A stretch of DNA of 64,000 bases, taken from NCBI GenBank assembly GCA_963751705.1, contig CAVVVN010000003.1:1658910-1722909 (forward strand). Direction: 5' to 3'. A model generated the notes under the pieces. It was not told where the DNA came from, did not search any database, and was given only the letters and a program-made list of their open reading frames with translations. Each line of letters opens with the position of its first letter. Positions within the stretch are counted from its first letter, which is position 1. Below are positions 26,217 through 36,426 of this stretch, one piece after another. A program made the translations under genes and the position numbers. The stretch is from an uncultured Bacteroidales bacterium. GTDB taxonomy: Bacteria > Bacteroidota > Bacteroidia > Bacteroidales > GCA-2748055.

Positions 26217-27698
26217 ATGTATATGGCAAGTAAAAAAGTAGTACTTATCCTTAGCTCCATCTTCCTGCTTGGGTGTCATCCAGCCCCCCAAAACTCCCTG
26301 GTAGGTAGCAGGCCCAACATCATCTTTATCCTGGCCGATGATCTGGGCTGGGCCGATTTGCCGGCCTATGGGAATCCCTTTAATGAAGCGCCCAATCTGA
26401 CCCGCATGGCAGAGGAAGGAATTCGCTTTACAGATGCCTATGCTGCCTGTCCGGTATGCTCGCCCACCAGAGCCAGCATCATGAGCGGTCAGTATCCGGC
26501 CCGGGTGGGTATCACCGATTTTATTACCGGGCACTGGAGGCCTTATGAAGAAGTAATTGTACCAAAAAACAGAACGCAGTACCTGCCTGAAGAGATTATC
26601 TCCATAGCTGAGCTAATGCAGAAGGCAGGTTATGCCACCGGCTATTTTGGGAAATGGCACCTGGGATTTGAGCAGAGGCACCAGCCAGAAAATCAGGGAT
26701 TTAAAACAGCTAATGTATACCAGGGTGGCGGTTTCTTCAATTACGCCGAAAGCATGAGTACGCCGCTTAAGCCCAAACCTGGCAGGGTGCTATCCGAAGC
26801 TCTAACGGACCTTAGCCTCGATTTTATCGAATCTAAGCGGGAAGATCCCTTCTTTCTTTTTCTGGCCCACTATGATGTCCATGTGCAGCTGGATGCGGAT
26901 AGCATGTTGATCCAAAAGTATCTGAAAAAGAAAAAGGTGAATGGCTATCCCTGTAATGCCGTGTACGCTGCCATGGTGGAAGAGGTGGACAATAGTGTTG
27001 GTAGAATCCTGGAAAAACTTGATTCGCTGGGCCTGTCAGAGAATACCCTGGTGGTTTTCTTCTCAGACAACGGGGGCCTGAAAAGCCGTTTTGACAAAAT
27101 TCCTTTACTGGCCAAATCGAAACAAGATATCTATGAGGGAGACACCCTTCTTTATGTGGCCACTTCCAATACTCCTTTAAGAGCTGAAAAGGGAACCCTT
27201 TATGAAGGAGGTATCAGGGAACCCCTGATCGCCAGGTGGCCGGGTAAAATAAGACAGGGACAACTCAGCGATGCCCTTATTTCCAGCGTGGACTTCTACC
27301 CTACCTTCGCTGAGCTGGCCGGAGTGAGTTTGCCAGGTGAGCAGGTCTGTGACGGAATTAGTCTGTTGGATCTGCTGGAAGGATCGGAACCTGATCCAGA
27401 ACGGGCCATTTTCTGGCACTACCCGGTCTACCATCACGACATACCGGCCAGTGCCATTCGGAAAGGGAAATGGAAACTGATCCACCACCTGGTGAATGAC
27501 CAGTGCTACCTCTATAATCTGGAGACTGACATTGGAGAGCGCATGGATCTGAGTCAGTCAGAACCGGAAATGACCGAAAAATTATACCGGCTCCTGGAAG
27601 AATGGCGCCGCGATTGCGGTGCAGAATTCCCTGTCCCCAATCCCGGCTTCATTCCCGAAGCACGTTACGAGTGGGGAAAACATCCCGACCGGGAGTGA
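26217..27698 (+). CDS. Cys-type (formylglycine) sulfatase
   Basis: PNIIFILADDLGWADL, and C-x-P-x-R in ACPVCSPTRASIMSG. Start placed at ATG 26217/26223, just before the leader MASKKVVLILSSIFLLGC. The ORF track's upstream extension from 26061 has no leader-like character. Confidence 0.9.
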   Translation: MYMASKKVVLILSSIFLLGCHPAPQNSLVGSRPNIIFILADDLGWADLPAYGNPFNEAPNLTRMAEEGIRFTDAYAACPVCSPTRASIMSGQYPARVGITDFITGHWRPYEEVIVPKNRTQYLPEEIISIAELMQKAGYATGYFGKWHLGFEQRHQPENQGFKTANVYQGGGFFNYAESMSTPLKPKPGRVLSEALTDLSLDFIESKREDPFFLFLAHYDVHVQLDADSMLIQKYLKKKKVNGYPCNAVYAAMVEEVDNSVGRILEKLDSLGLSENTLVVFFSDNGGLKSRFDKIPLLAKSKQDIYEGDTLLYVATSNTPLRAEKGTLYEGGIREPLIARWPGKIRQGQLSDALISSVDFYPTFAELAGVSLPGEQVCDGISLLDLLEGSEPDPERAIFWHYPVYHHDIPASAIRKGKWKLIHHLVNDQCYLYNLETDIGERMDLSQSEPEMTEKLYRLLEEWRRDCGAEFPVPNPGFIPEARYEWGKHPDRE

Positions 27699-27699
27699 A

Positions 27700-30600
27700 T
27701 CACCGGACTAGTTCTAGGATCACCGGTCCCATCAGGCCTGATGGGCTTAGTTCTTCTCCCCTTCTCAGATCTGCCACCGTGAAGGTGGTAAAGCGCTCCC
27801 ATTCAGGAAGGCCCACATCCCCTACCATCCGGTTCCTCCAGACATTTACCACCTTGATTTCAAGACGGTTCACACCTGCAAGCAGGTGATCCTTTACAGG
27901 CAAACGATAGGGTGCCATCCAGGTAACTCCAAGGTCCTCCCCGTTCAGGCTTACCTGTGCCATCACCCCCACTTCACCAAGATTGAGGAAAAGATCCCCC
28001 TCCGGTATTTCATCCAGGGTAAATTCCGAGGTATAGGTGGCTGTACCGGAATAATATTTAATTCTCCAGTCGCCGGATTCAGTCCAATCGGACAATGAGG
28101 TATAGGTCAATGCCTCACCCGGCCCAAACTGCTTATTTTCAAATTCCACTGTCCACTCCGGATCAAGCGCTGTCAGCACTTCAGGTTCTGGAGAATTCTC
28201 AGCATAACCAGTAGCAGTCCTTTCATTGCTGCCCGACGTAAAGACAATAAAGCAGCTTTCATGTTTTTGCAAAACCAGGGGTACAGTGGTCCGGCCACCG
28301 TCGTCTGTATAATCGTTGAGTTGCCTGGTCTCACCACTAACTGCATCCCATAACTGGGGCCGGAGTCCGCTTACCCTGAAAGAGGGCGCAATCTCCAGCT
28401 CTTCATCCCCCTGGTTTGTGAGAAAGTAGATCTCCATTCCCGGCAGGCTGCGGTGCGTCCATAAAAATGGCACACCCTCGGCATGGACCACATCAGCCGG
28501 AACACGGATTAATTCCAGCGCTGCCTGCAGGTCCATTCCATCCAGCACTTTACCCTCTCCTACAGCATGCTCCAGCTTTCCTCCTTCATGAGATTCCCCC
28601 CACATACGATCGGCAATTTCCCGGATCTCCAGGTCGCACTGCGGATAATTCTGCAGGCTGGGGGATTTCATGGGCTTACCGCCCAGTATGGTAGCGCCGG
28701 CCTGCACCAGTTCTTCCAGTTTGGCCAGCACACGGGGCCTCATGTTGGAATTTTCGGGCAGAACCAGGATGGAATAACTCATTCCGTCAGGTAGCATAAA
28801 TTTCCCGTTTTCAACCGACAGCCGATCCAGGATCACCTCGGCATTGATGTAGTCATAGGAATATCCCGGGGGTAGCTGGGGATCTCTGGTCCCGGTCATC
28901 TTCGGAGCATCTTCTCCAATAAAGTAGAGCACATCGGCCGCGTATTTACCCTGCTGAAGCATGTGCTGGCACCTCCGGATATAGTCCACCCAGGCCGATC
29001 CCTGGTCAAACCAGGTGTTCAGGCGGTTGAATTCAGTGGAAAACCAGGCATTGATCCCCGGGGCTTCCTCCCTGGGCTGTTGTATGTAGAGGTGCAAGAC
29101 CAAGTGGTTGATGCCTTCGGTCCAGCACCAGTCCCCCCGCTTCTTCAGCATGGCCGGATGGCGCAGGTAGGAATTCTGTGCGGCTGTAAATGCCTCTGCA
29201 GAAGTAATGGGTTTTCCATACATATGGGCAGCGGAGGAACCCGATTTACATTCTATGTCCCCCAGGCTGCCCTCGTTCCAGAACTCTCCGGCCACCAGGT
29301 CGCTCTGCCCCCCGTACATCAGGAATTCTCCGGGATATCCCCAGTGCCCGTAGTTCTCCAGCCAGGTAAGCAAGCCGTATTCATTGGCCGCCTTACGCAA
29401 TCCTCCCACATACTCATAGGCCACATCGTCGGCCACCAAACGCCGCAGGTCCCAGAGAAAGCGGTCCGACTCTTCCACGCTACCCACTAAGCGGCCCGAG
29501 ATTACGGGCAGGTATTTCATCGGATCATAGCCGAATTTTTTTCTGAATTTGTCCGCGTAGCCATCGCTCCAGTTCTGGGAACCCATCTCGTAGCTGTCGG
29601 CAATCAGGTACTTCAGGGCAGGCCGGCTCTCTTCGGGGATCCGTTTAATGAGCTCCAGCATATACTGCTCGAAATGGAAACGTGCCAGCTCCGAGCTGGC
29701 TTTGTCAATCTCGTATCCTTTTCCCTGGGGGGCCGCGGGTGCATTCTGAGTTCCTGTGGGAGTCATCCCCATCCGCAGCACTGTCCACTCCCCTTCGGGT
29801 ACATCCTCGACGGTCAGCCAGCCATCGGCGTCCATCCGGTCATTGAGTTCGTAAACCTCCGAGATCAACAGCTGCTGATCCTTGACAGCTTCCTGCGCTT
29901 CCCACATATAGGTGCTGAACTCGGGGAATGGCGTGGGGTGCATCTTTCCCAGGGATTTCTCTACATAGTTCTCCAGCACCGGTGCCTCTGATATCCGGAT
30001 TTCTGCAAACCCGGGTGCAAGGGTCCGGTTTGTACTTGCAGCATTGCTGCAAAGCAGCCTGAATGTTTTTGAATCTGTATCCGGAAGGGAGATGGCCACA
30101 GGTCCCCGGGGTAAAGGCCCCACATTCACATTGCTGTTGCTTCGGTCAAACTCAAAGGACTTAATGCTGACAAACTCCCCTTCCACCAGGGCCTGCAGCT
30201 CCACCTGGCATTTAAAGGCTGGAGCGGCCGGAGTGAGAATAATGCTACGGGCAGTGATGGATTCTGCGGCGCTAAGCTCAACGACGAAAGGATTATTGTT
30301 ATCCCTCGTGAAAAAGGCATCTTTTTTTGAGATATAGCGATCTTCCGAAGCGATCTTTTTAAAACCCAGCACATAGGTATCCTGGAATTCTTCTGCAGGT
30401 TTTGGTAAGCGGACCCTGATATCCCCGCCTCCCTGAACGGTGGTTTCGGAATAGACCAGGTGCCTCATGGCCTTGTCATAGGTCACCCAGGGGCCGCCAC
30501 TCTGGCTCCAGCCGGGACAGTTGAAAAAACCCACATCGATCCCGATCCGGTGCCCTTCAATGACCACATGCACCATGGCATCCCACCAGTTATCGCTGAA

Positions 30601-30903
30601 AAGAGGCACCGGGCCGTCCACCTCGTCGGGATTGATGTTCCCGATAAGCACGGCTCCCAGTCCGAACTCCTTCATGGCTTCCAGGTCCCTGGTAATGCCC
30701 TCTTTGGAGATGTCATCTCCAATCCAGTAATAATAACACCAGGGCCTGTTGGTATCAGCTGGAGTGATAAAGCCCTCCTGGATCTGATCATACACCTCCT
30801 GGGCGATCTTAACCGGGCGGGCACAGAGTGCGAAGAGTATGGAGATACTGAGCAAAAGGCCGGTGGGTATCACGAGCCCCTGGTAATTATTTTTCCGTTT
30901 CAT
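27700..30903 (-). CDS. large exported glycoside hydrolase, GH106 (alpha-L-rhamnosidase)-like, with C-terminal GH2-type sugar-binding-like domain
   Basis: 1067 aa. N-terminal signature F.TP...NRPWCYYYW.G...SKEGITRDLEAMKEFGLG. C-terminal GTATY...LNLGEV.VMAQVSLNGEDLG..W..PYRL.V...L..G.NRLEIKVVNVWRNR. The family call rests on recalled Pfam Glyco_hydro_106 architecture. Confidence 0.55.
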   Translation of the reverse strand: MKRKNNYQGLVIPTGLLLSISILFALCARPVKIAQEVYDQIQEGFITPADTNRPWCYYYWIGDDISKEGITRDLEAMKEFGLGAVLIGNINPDEVDGPVPLFSDNWWDAMVHVVIEGHRIGIDVGFFNCPGWSQSGGPWVTYDKAMRHLVYSETTVQGGGDIRVRLPKPAEEFQDTYVLGFKKIASEDRYISKKDAFFTRDNNNPFVVELSAAESITARSIILTPAAPAFKCQVELQALVEGEFVSIKSFEFDRSNSNVNVGPLPRGPVAISLPDTDSKTFRLLCSNAASTNRTLAPGFAEIRISEAPVLENYVEKSLGKMHPTPFPEFSTYMWEAQEAVKDQQLLISEVYELNDRMDADGWLTVEDVPEGEWTVLRMGMTPTGTQNAPAAPQGKGYEIDKASSELARFHFEQYMLELIKRIPEESRPALKYLIADSYEMGSQNWSDGYADKFRKKFGYDPMKYLPVISGRLVGSVEESDRFLWDLRRLVADDVAYEYVGGLRKAANEYGLLTWLENYGHWGYPGEFLMYGGQSDLVAGEFWNEGSLGDIECKSGSSAAHMYGKPITSAEAFTAAQNSYLRHPAMLKKRGDWCWTEGINHLVLHLYIQQPREEAPGINAWFSTEFNRLNTWFDQGSAWVDYIRRCQHMLQQGKYAADVLYFIGEDAPKMTGTRDPQLPPGYSYDYINAEVILDRLSVENGKFMLPDGMSYSILVLPENSNMRPRVLAKLEELVQAGATILGGKPMKSPSLQNYPQCDLEIREIADRMWGESHEGGKLEHAVGEGKVLDGMDLQAALELIRVPADVVHAEGVPFLWTHRSLPGMEIYFLTNQGDEELEIAPSFRVSGLRPQLWDAVSGETRQLNDYTDDGGRTTVPLVLQKHESCFIVFTSGSNERTATGYAENSPEPEVLTALDPEWTVEFENKQFGPGEALTYTSLSDWTESGDWRIKYYSGTATYTSEFTLDEIPEGDLFLNLGEVGVMAQVSLNGEDLGVTWMAPYRLPVKDHLLAGVNRLEIKVVNVWRNRMVGDVGLPEWERFTTFTVADLRRGEELSPSGLMGPVILELVR

Positions 30904-31085
30904 GGTTCAAGTGCATTTGTCGTCATGGAATGTACTCAAATATAGAGCTTAGGCAGCGGAGATTCAATGTCCTCAATGCGCTTTTGTTTGTATTTTTTGA
31001 TCCAGAAAGTGCAAACAATAGCCCACATTGAATATTTGTCCTTGGGTTAACTATGCATATCTTTATCTAAAGATAAAAACCGGGA

Positions 31086-32267
31086 ATGAAACATATACAC
31101 CTTTGGACCTTCATCATCTCCACACTCCTGGTAGCCTGTGAACCGGAAGAAACATTCACAGTAGCAGCCTATTACTTCCCGAATTACCATGAAGATCAAC
31201 GAAATGCATCCTATTTTGAGGAGGGATGGACCGAGTGGAAGCTGGTGAAAGAGGCCCAGGCCAGGTTCCCAAACCACCATCAGCCCAACATCCCCGCCTG
31301 GGGTTATACCGATGAGGCAGATCCCGTTCAGATGGCTCAGAAAATAAAGGCAGCAGCTGACCACGGTATTGACGTCTTCATTTTTGACTGGTACATGTAT
31401 GAGGATGGGCCTTTTCTCGAGCGGGGCCTGGAAGAGGGATTTTTGAAAGCAGAAAATTCTGAGCTCCTTAAATTCGGACTGATGTGGGCCAATCACGACT
31501 GGGTGGACATTCACCCCTATACCCGTGGAACCGAAAAGAAGCTGCTGTATCCCGGCATCGTTAGCCCTGAAAGGTTTGAAAAGATCTGTGATAAGGTCAT
31601 TGAAAACTATTTCACAAAGCCCAATTACTGGATGATTGACGGGAAAGCCTATTTTTCGGTGTATGATGTGCAAAAATTTGTGGAGGGATTTGGTAGCATA
31701 GACTCCACGAAAGCGGCTATGGATCGCATGCGTGAGAAAGCCAGGGCAGCCGGACTGAAAGGAGTACACTGGAACCTGGTGGCCTGGGGGAATCCCATTC
31801 TACCGGGGGAGCAGGCACCCTCCAATACGCCTGAACTCATCGAAATGCTGGGATTCGATTCAAGCACCTCCTATGTCTGGATTCACCACGTGCCTCTTCC
31901 CGACACACAAACCGATTTCAACTATGTCAGGGATGCCTACTTCGAGCACTGGGCTAAAGCAAAAACAGCATACGGAGTTCCCTATTTTCCAAATGTGACC
32001 ATGGGTTGGGATCCTACACCCCGTTGCGCCCCTGAATCGGAATGGGCCCCGGTGGGGTATCCCTTTATGAATACGATCGGGAATAATACTCCCGAGAATT
32101 TCAGGACCGCGCTCCAGATGGTCAAAGAGAAATTGCTGGCAGATCCGGAGGGGACGAGAATTATCAATATCAACTGCTGGAACGAATGGACCGAAGGCAG
32201 CTACCTGGAGCCGGACACAAAAAATGGAATGGCCTATCTTGAGGCCGTAAAGGAAATATTTGATTGA
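31086..32267 (+). CDS. GH99-like / WbsX-family protein, lipoprotein
   Basis: Leader with lipobox LLVAC. AAYYFPNYH...GWTEW......P.......P..GY.DE.DP......I..A..HGID.F.FDWY is the pattern of the Glyco_tran_WbsX / GH99-like family. Confidence 0.6.
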   Translation: MKHIHLWTFIISTLLVACEPEETFTVAAYYFPNYHEDQRNASYFEEGWTEWKLVKEAQARFPNHHQPNIPAWGYTDEADPVQMAQKIKAAADHGIDVFIFDWYMYEDGPFLERGLEEGFLKAENSELLKFGLMWANHDWVDIHPYTRGTEKKLLYPGIVSPERFEKICDKVIENYFTKPNYWMIDGKAYFSVYDVQKFVEGFGSIDSTKAAMDRMREKARAAGLKGVHWNLVAWGNPILPGEQAPSNTPELIEMLGFDSSTSYVWIHHVPLPDTQTDFNYVRDAYFEHWAKAKTAYGVPYFPNVTMGWDPTPRCAPESEWAPVGYPFMNTIGNNTPENFRTALQMVKEKLLADPEGTRIININCWNEWTEGSYLEPDTKNGMAYLEAVKEIFD

Positions 32268-32271
32268 ACTC

Positions 32272-33642
32272 ATGAAAAGAAGATCGCTTTTTAAATCCAT
32301 GGGGGCGCTTTCTCTGGGAGTAATGGCTCCATCCCTTGCCGAGGGAGAAGTCCTGGCAGATCCTTTTGAAACAAAGCTAAACAGCCTAGAAACAGACATT
32401 CTGGTGGTGGGCGGAGGGACCGCAGGTACGGTGGCCGCCATTCAGGCGGCAAGAGCCGGGGCAAAGACGGTGCTGGTGGAATTTGGGAGTCAGCTGGGAG
32501 GCACCACAACCACCGGAGGCGTATCTTTTCCCGGGATTTTTCATGCCTGGGGGAAGCAGGTCATCGGAGGCATAGGCTGGGAACTGGTCCAGGAATGTGT
32601 AGCCATGAATGACGATCTCTTACCCAATTTTTCCATTCCCCATGGCAGGAGCCATCCCAAACACCAGGTATTCATCAATGGTCCGCTGTACACCCTTCTG
32701 GCAGAAGACAAATGTCTGGAAGCGGGCGTGGAACTGAGGTTTTACGAGACTCCTTACAAAATCAAATTTAAGAAGGATAAATGGATCGTGGAGACGGTTG
32801 GAAAAGGAAGCCACACAGAGATAACATGCCGTCAACTAATAGATTGTACCGGTAATGCCCTGGTGACCTCCATGGCTGGATGCAAGGTGCTGAGGGAAGC
32901 TGAAACCCAACCCGGTACCCTCTTATTTACTTTGGAAGGCTACGACAAGTCTCAGTTGGATATGGATCATCTGGAACACCTTTATGCAGAAGAGCTGAAA
33001 AAGGGGGATATGGTCCGGGAAGAATTCCTGAGTATCCGGGGGGTGCTCAACAGCAATGGGTATACCTTCAGTGGTCATGTCTTCGGGGCGGACTCCACCA
33101 CTTCAGAAACCCATACTTCGACCAATATTAACGGGCGCAGGTCGCTTTATAAAATGCTGCGTTTTCTGAGAACTTTGCCGGGATGTGAACATACCCGGGT
33201 GGTAAAAGTTCAAACCGAGACTGGAGTCCGGGAGACCTACCGGATCGTTGGTCTCCATCAGGTGACGCAATCTGAATATGTAAGCGGGAAGGTATTCAAT
33301 GATGCCATTTCCTATGCCTATTATCCCATCGATATCCACGACAAGACCGGAGTGCACCCGGAATACCTTCCTGAAAATGTGGTGGCCACCATCCCCTTAA
33401 GGGCCCTGATCCCCCGGGGAAGCAAGAATCTTCTGGTGGCTGGCAGGTGCTTAAGCAGCGATCGGGGAGCCAATTCGGCACTGCGGGTACAGGCATCCTG
33501 CATGGCTATGGGACAGGCAGCGGCAGTTGCTGCGGTGCTGGCCAGCAAGCTGGGATGTACACCAGCTGAGGTCCCCATTGATGATATCAAACAAGAGCTA
33601 AAAGAACATGGCGCCATTGTTCCACATCAGAAATCCGTTTAG
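32272..33642 (+). CDS. FAD-dependent oxidoreductase (FAD_oxidored type) with twin-arginine leader
   Basis: Leader MKRRSLFKSMGALSLGVMA. Dinucleotide fold DILVVGGGTAGTVAAIQAARAGAKTVLVE. ATG at 32272; the ORF track's TTG at 32260 overlaps the previous stop. Confidence 0.75.
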   Translation: MKRRSLFKSMGALSLGVMAPSLAEGEVLADPFETKLNSLETDILVVGGGTAGTVAAIQAARAGAKTVLVEFGSQLGGTTTTGGVSFPGIFHAWGKQVIGGIGWELVQECVAMNDDLLPNFSIPHGRSHPKHQVFINGPLYTLLAEDKCLEAGVELRFYETPYKIKFKKDKWIVETVGKGSHTEITCRQLIDCTGNALVTSMAGCKVLREAETQPGTLLFTLEGYDKSQLDMDHLEHLYAEELKKGDMVREEFLSIRGVLNSNGYTFSGHVFGADSTTSETHTSTNINGRRSLYKMLRFLRTLPGCEHTRVVKVQTETGVRETYRIVGLHQVTQSEYVSGKVFNDAISYAYYPIDIHDKTGVHPEYLPENVVATIPLRALIPRGSKNLLVAGRCLSSDRGANSALRVQASCMAMGQAAAVAAVLASKLGCTPAEVPIDDIKQELKEHGAIVPHQKSV

Positions 33643-33644
33643 CC

Positions 33645-36395
33645 ATGAAACATCCTGCACATCTCCTGATTTTTACAGCACTCCTTTTCCTTACAGGGCT
33701 CTCCTGCAAAACAATCATATCGGATGCAGAAATACCAGGCAAAATCCAGAAGGAAGCCAAACCCTGGGCCTACTGGTGGTGGATGGGGAATTCGGTGACC
33801 CCCGAGGGAATTACTGCTAACCTGGAAAAATACAGCCGGGCCGGGCTTGGGGGACTGCATATCATTCCCATCTACGGAGAAAAGGGAGATGAATCCAACT
33901 TCATCGATTTTCTCAGCCCAAAGTGGATGGAAATGCTGAATTTTACCCTGACTGAAGCTGAACGACTGGGCCTGGGCATCGACATGACCTGTGGTACGGG
34001 CTGGCCGTTCGGGGGACCAGGTATCGGGCAAGAACATGCAGCCAAAGCCTTTGAGGTCATTGAACTGGAGAGTGCAGACCCCTTTCTGCCAGAGGACCTG
34101 TTTACCCGGATTGGGGGACTGAAGCTCCTGTCCCTGGCCGGATACGACAGGGAGGGCAATTATATGGATATACCCTTCACCCTGGACGGGGAAGGAAAGG
34201 TCCACTGGACAATCCCCCAGCCGGATTATAAGGTATATGCCCTGTTTCAGAGAATGACCGGACAGAAGGTCAAGCGCGCTGCCCCGGGGGGAGAAGGATA
34301 TGTGGTGGACTATTTCAGCAAAAGCGCCTTTCAATATTATTTTCAGAAATTCAGGAAGGCATTTGCGGAGACGGAGTTCAGCAGCGGAAAAGTAAGAGCC
34401 TTTTACAACGATTCATACGAGGTATATGGTGCAAACTGGACCCCTGATTTCCCCGAACATTTTGAAAGGCTCCGGGGGTATTCCCTCCTGCCCCATATTA
34501 AATACTTTACTGACACCACTGGGTGCGAAGAAAGCGTGCGGTTGAAAGTGGATTTCCTGGAAACCATTTCGGACTTGCTGAGGGAGGAGTTTACGCGGGA
34601 TTGGATAGAGGCATCGCACTCCCTGGGAAAGCTGACCAGGTACCAGGCCCACGGATCACCGGGAAACCTGATCGACCTCTATTCCCTGTCTGATATTCCT
34701 GAAACCGAATCCTTTGGAAGAAGCAATTTCCCCATTCCCGGCCTGCGCCAGGATGAAGATTACCGGGAAGAAAACTTCGGTAAACCCACTCCCTTTAGCA
34801 TGAAATTTGCCTCTTCGGCAGCGAACCTCAGCAATCGCCGCCTGGTCTCTTCCGAATCCGCTACCTGGCTGGGAGATCACTTTAAAGTTTCCCTCTCCCA
34901 GGTGAAGCCCCAGATGGATGAACTCTTTGTCTCCGGGATCAATCATATTTTTTATCATGGCATTACCTATTCCCCGCCCGAAAAGCCATTTCCGGGAAGG
35001 CTGTTTTATGCATCCACCAATTTTGGCCCCCTCTCCCATTTCTGGAATGAACTGCCTGCCCTGAACCACTATGTGGCCAACTGTCAGCAGATTCTTCAGA
35101 ATAGCTCCCCCGATAATGACATCCTGGTCTATTTTCCCATTCATGATGTCTGGACAAAAACTGATGGACAAAGCCTTCCCCGGATGTTTGGGGTCCACCA
35201 CGCGGATGACTGGCTACTGGATTCTCCCTTTGGACACCTGATAGAGGATCTCTGGTCCTCGGGCTATGCCTTTGATTATATCTCAGATCTGAAACTGGAA
35301 GAGCTGGAGGTTCGCAAAAAAAAGGTCCTGGCAGGGAATAACAGCTACCGGGCCATCCTGGTGCCGGATTGTCTTACCATGCCCCTGCATACGCTGGAAC
35401 GCCTTCATGAACTTGCAGACAAAGGAATTCCTGTGATTTTTGAGAAGGATCTGCCGGGAGATGTACCCGGACTTCACCGGCTTGAAGAACGACGGCAGGA
35501 GCTGTCAGAGCTAAAAGACTCCATGAGGAAAAGCGCCAATACAAACATAAGCGCTGAATATAAAAAGGACCTGGAGAACTCCGGAATTGTCGCTGAGGGT
35601 TTGGCAGAAAAAGGTGTGAGCTTTATCAGGAAACGGTCCGGTGATTTTACCCTCTATTTTGTAACAAACCTCTCCTCCTCGGAATGCTCGGAATGGATCC
35701 CCCTGAGTGTAAAAGCTGAAAGCATTGAAATTTATAATCCCATAAGTAGCCGGAGGGGACTGGCAGATATACGTCCGGGTAAACGAGGCACAGATATCTA
35801 CCTGCAACTGGCACCGGGTGAAAGCCGCATTCTGACCTGCATGCCGGAAGAGCTTAATAGGCAGCCCTGGACCTATACCAATCCGGATGAATCCCGGAGA
35901 ATCCGGATTTCCGGGAAATGGCTTTTGACCCCCTTGGAGGGAGCTCCCCGGCTACCGGAGCAGGTTGAAATGGGACCACTGCATTCATGGACCGGCCTGG
36001 GAGAAGAATGGGAAGTCTTCAGCGGTACCGTGACCTATTCCACCACTTTCCGGATCCAGGAAGAAGATGCCGGAAAGGCCTTCAGGCTTGACCTGGGAGA
36101 TGTGCGGGAATCAGCCAGGGTAAAGATCAACGGTCAGGATATGGGCCTTTTATGGTCTGTTCCCTTCAGGTTAACTATTCCCAGGGGGATTCTGAAAGAA
36201 TCGAATACCCTGGAAATCGAGGTCAGAAATCTTTCCTTCAATCGGGTGATTGACCTGGAACGGAAAGGGATTCCATGGAAAAACTTCCATGAAATCAACT
36301 TTGTGAACATAAGATATGAACCTTATGATGCCTCCGGAGCTGAACCCATGCCCTCCGGGCTGCTGAACCCGATAACTCTGACACCTCTGAAATAG
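33645..36395 (+). CDS. exported glycoside hydrolase, GH106-like paralogue
   Basis: 916 aa with lipobox TGLSC. N-terminal KPWAYWWWMGNSVTPEGITANLEKYSRAGLGG. C-terminal FSGTVTY...LDLGDV.ESARVKINGQDMG..W..PFRL......L....N.LEIEVRN. Confidence 0.5.
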   Translation: MKHPAHLLIFTALLFLTGLSCKTIISDAEIPGKIQKEAKPWAYWWWMGNSVTPEGITANLEKYSRAGLGGLHIIPIYGEKGDESNFIDFLSPKWMEMLNFTLTEAERLGLGIDMTCGTGWPFGGPGIGQEHAAKAFEVIELESADPFLPEDLFTRIGGLKLLSLAGYDREGNYMDIPFTLDGEGKVHWTIPQPDYKVYALFQRMTGQKVKRAAPGGEGYVVDYFSKSAFQYYFQKFRKAFAETEFSSGKVRAFYNDSYEVYGANWTPDFPEHFERLRGYSLLPHIKYFTDTTGCEESVRLKVDFLETISDLLREEFTRDWIEASHSLGKLTRYQAHGSPGNLIDLYSLSDIPETESFGRSNFPIPGLRQDEDYREENFGKPTPFSMKFASSAANLSNRRLVSSESATWLGDHFKVSLSQVKPQMDELFVSGINHIFYHGITYSPPEKPFPGRLFYASTNFGPLSHFWNELPALNHYVANCQQILQNSSPDNDILVYFPIHDVWTKTDGQSLPRMFGVHHADDWLLDSPFGHLIEDLWSSGYAFDYISDLKLEELEVRKKKVLAGNNSYRAILVPDCLTMPLHTLERLHELADKGIPVIFEKDLPGDVPGLHRLEERRQELSELKDSMRKSANTNISAEYKKDLENSGIVAEGLAEKGVSFIRKRSGDFTLYFVTNLSSSECSEWIPLSVKAESIEIYNPISSRRGLADIRPGKRGTDIYLQLAPGESRILTCMPEELNRQPWTYTNPDESRRIRISGKWLLTPLEGAPRLPEQVEMGPLHSWTGLGEEWEVFSGTVTYSTTFRIQEEDAGKAFRLDLGDVRESARVKINGQDMGLLWSVPFRLTIPRGILKESNTLEIEVRNLSFNRVIDLERKGIPWKNFHEINFVNIRYEPYDASGAEPMPSGLLNPITLTPLK

Positions 36396-36426
36396 AATAA
36401 TACAATAGGAAATGGACTGAAAACAT

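Noticed and set aside
31062-31077. Inverted repeat TTTATCT-AA-AGATAAA upstream of the WbsX-like gene. It shares the 11-mer CTAAAGATAAA with the region upstream of the second sulfatase (26080-26090); a possible common regulator site.
   Set aside because: I found only two copies by eye, the motif is AT-rich and short, and the second copy lacks the inverted partner. That is insufficient to call a regulon motif without a genome-wide search.
31047-31769. 240-codon minus-strand ORF overlapping the WbsX/GH99-like gene
   Set aside because: It is entirely antisense to a gene with clear family motifs. Its translation is low-complexity with no recognisable motif or leader. I treat it as a shadow ORF of the GC-rich coding strand.
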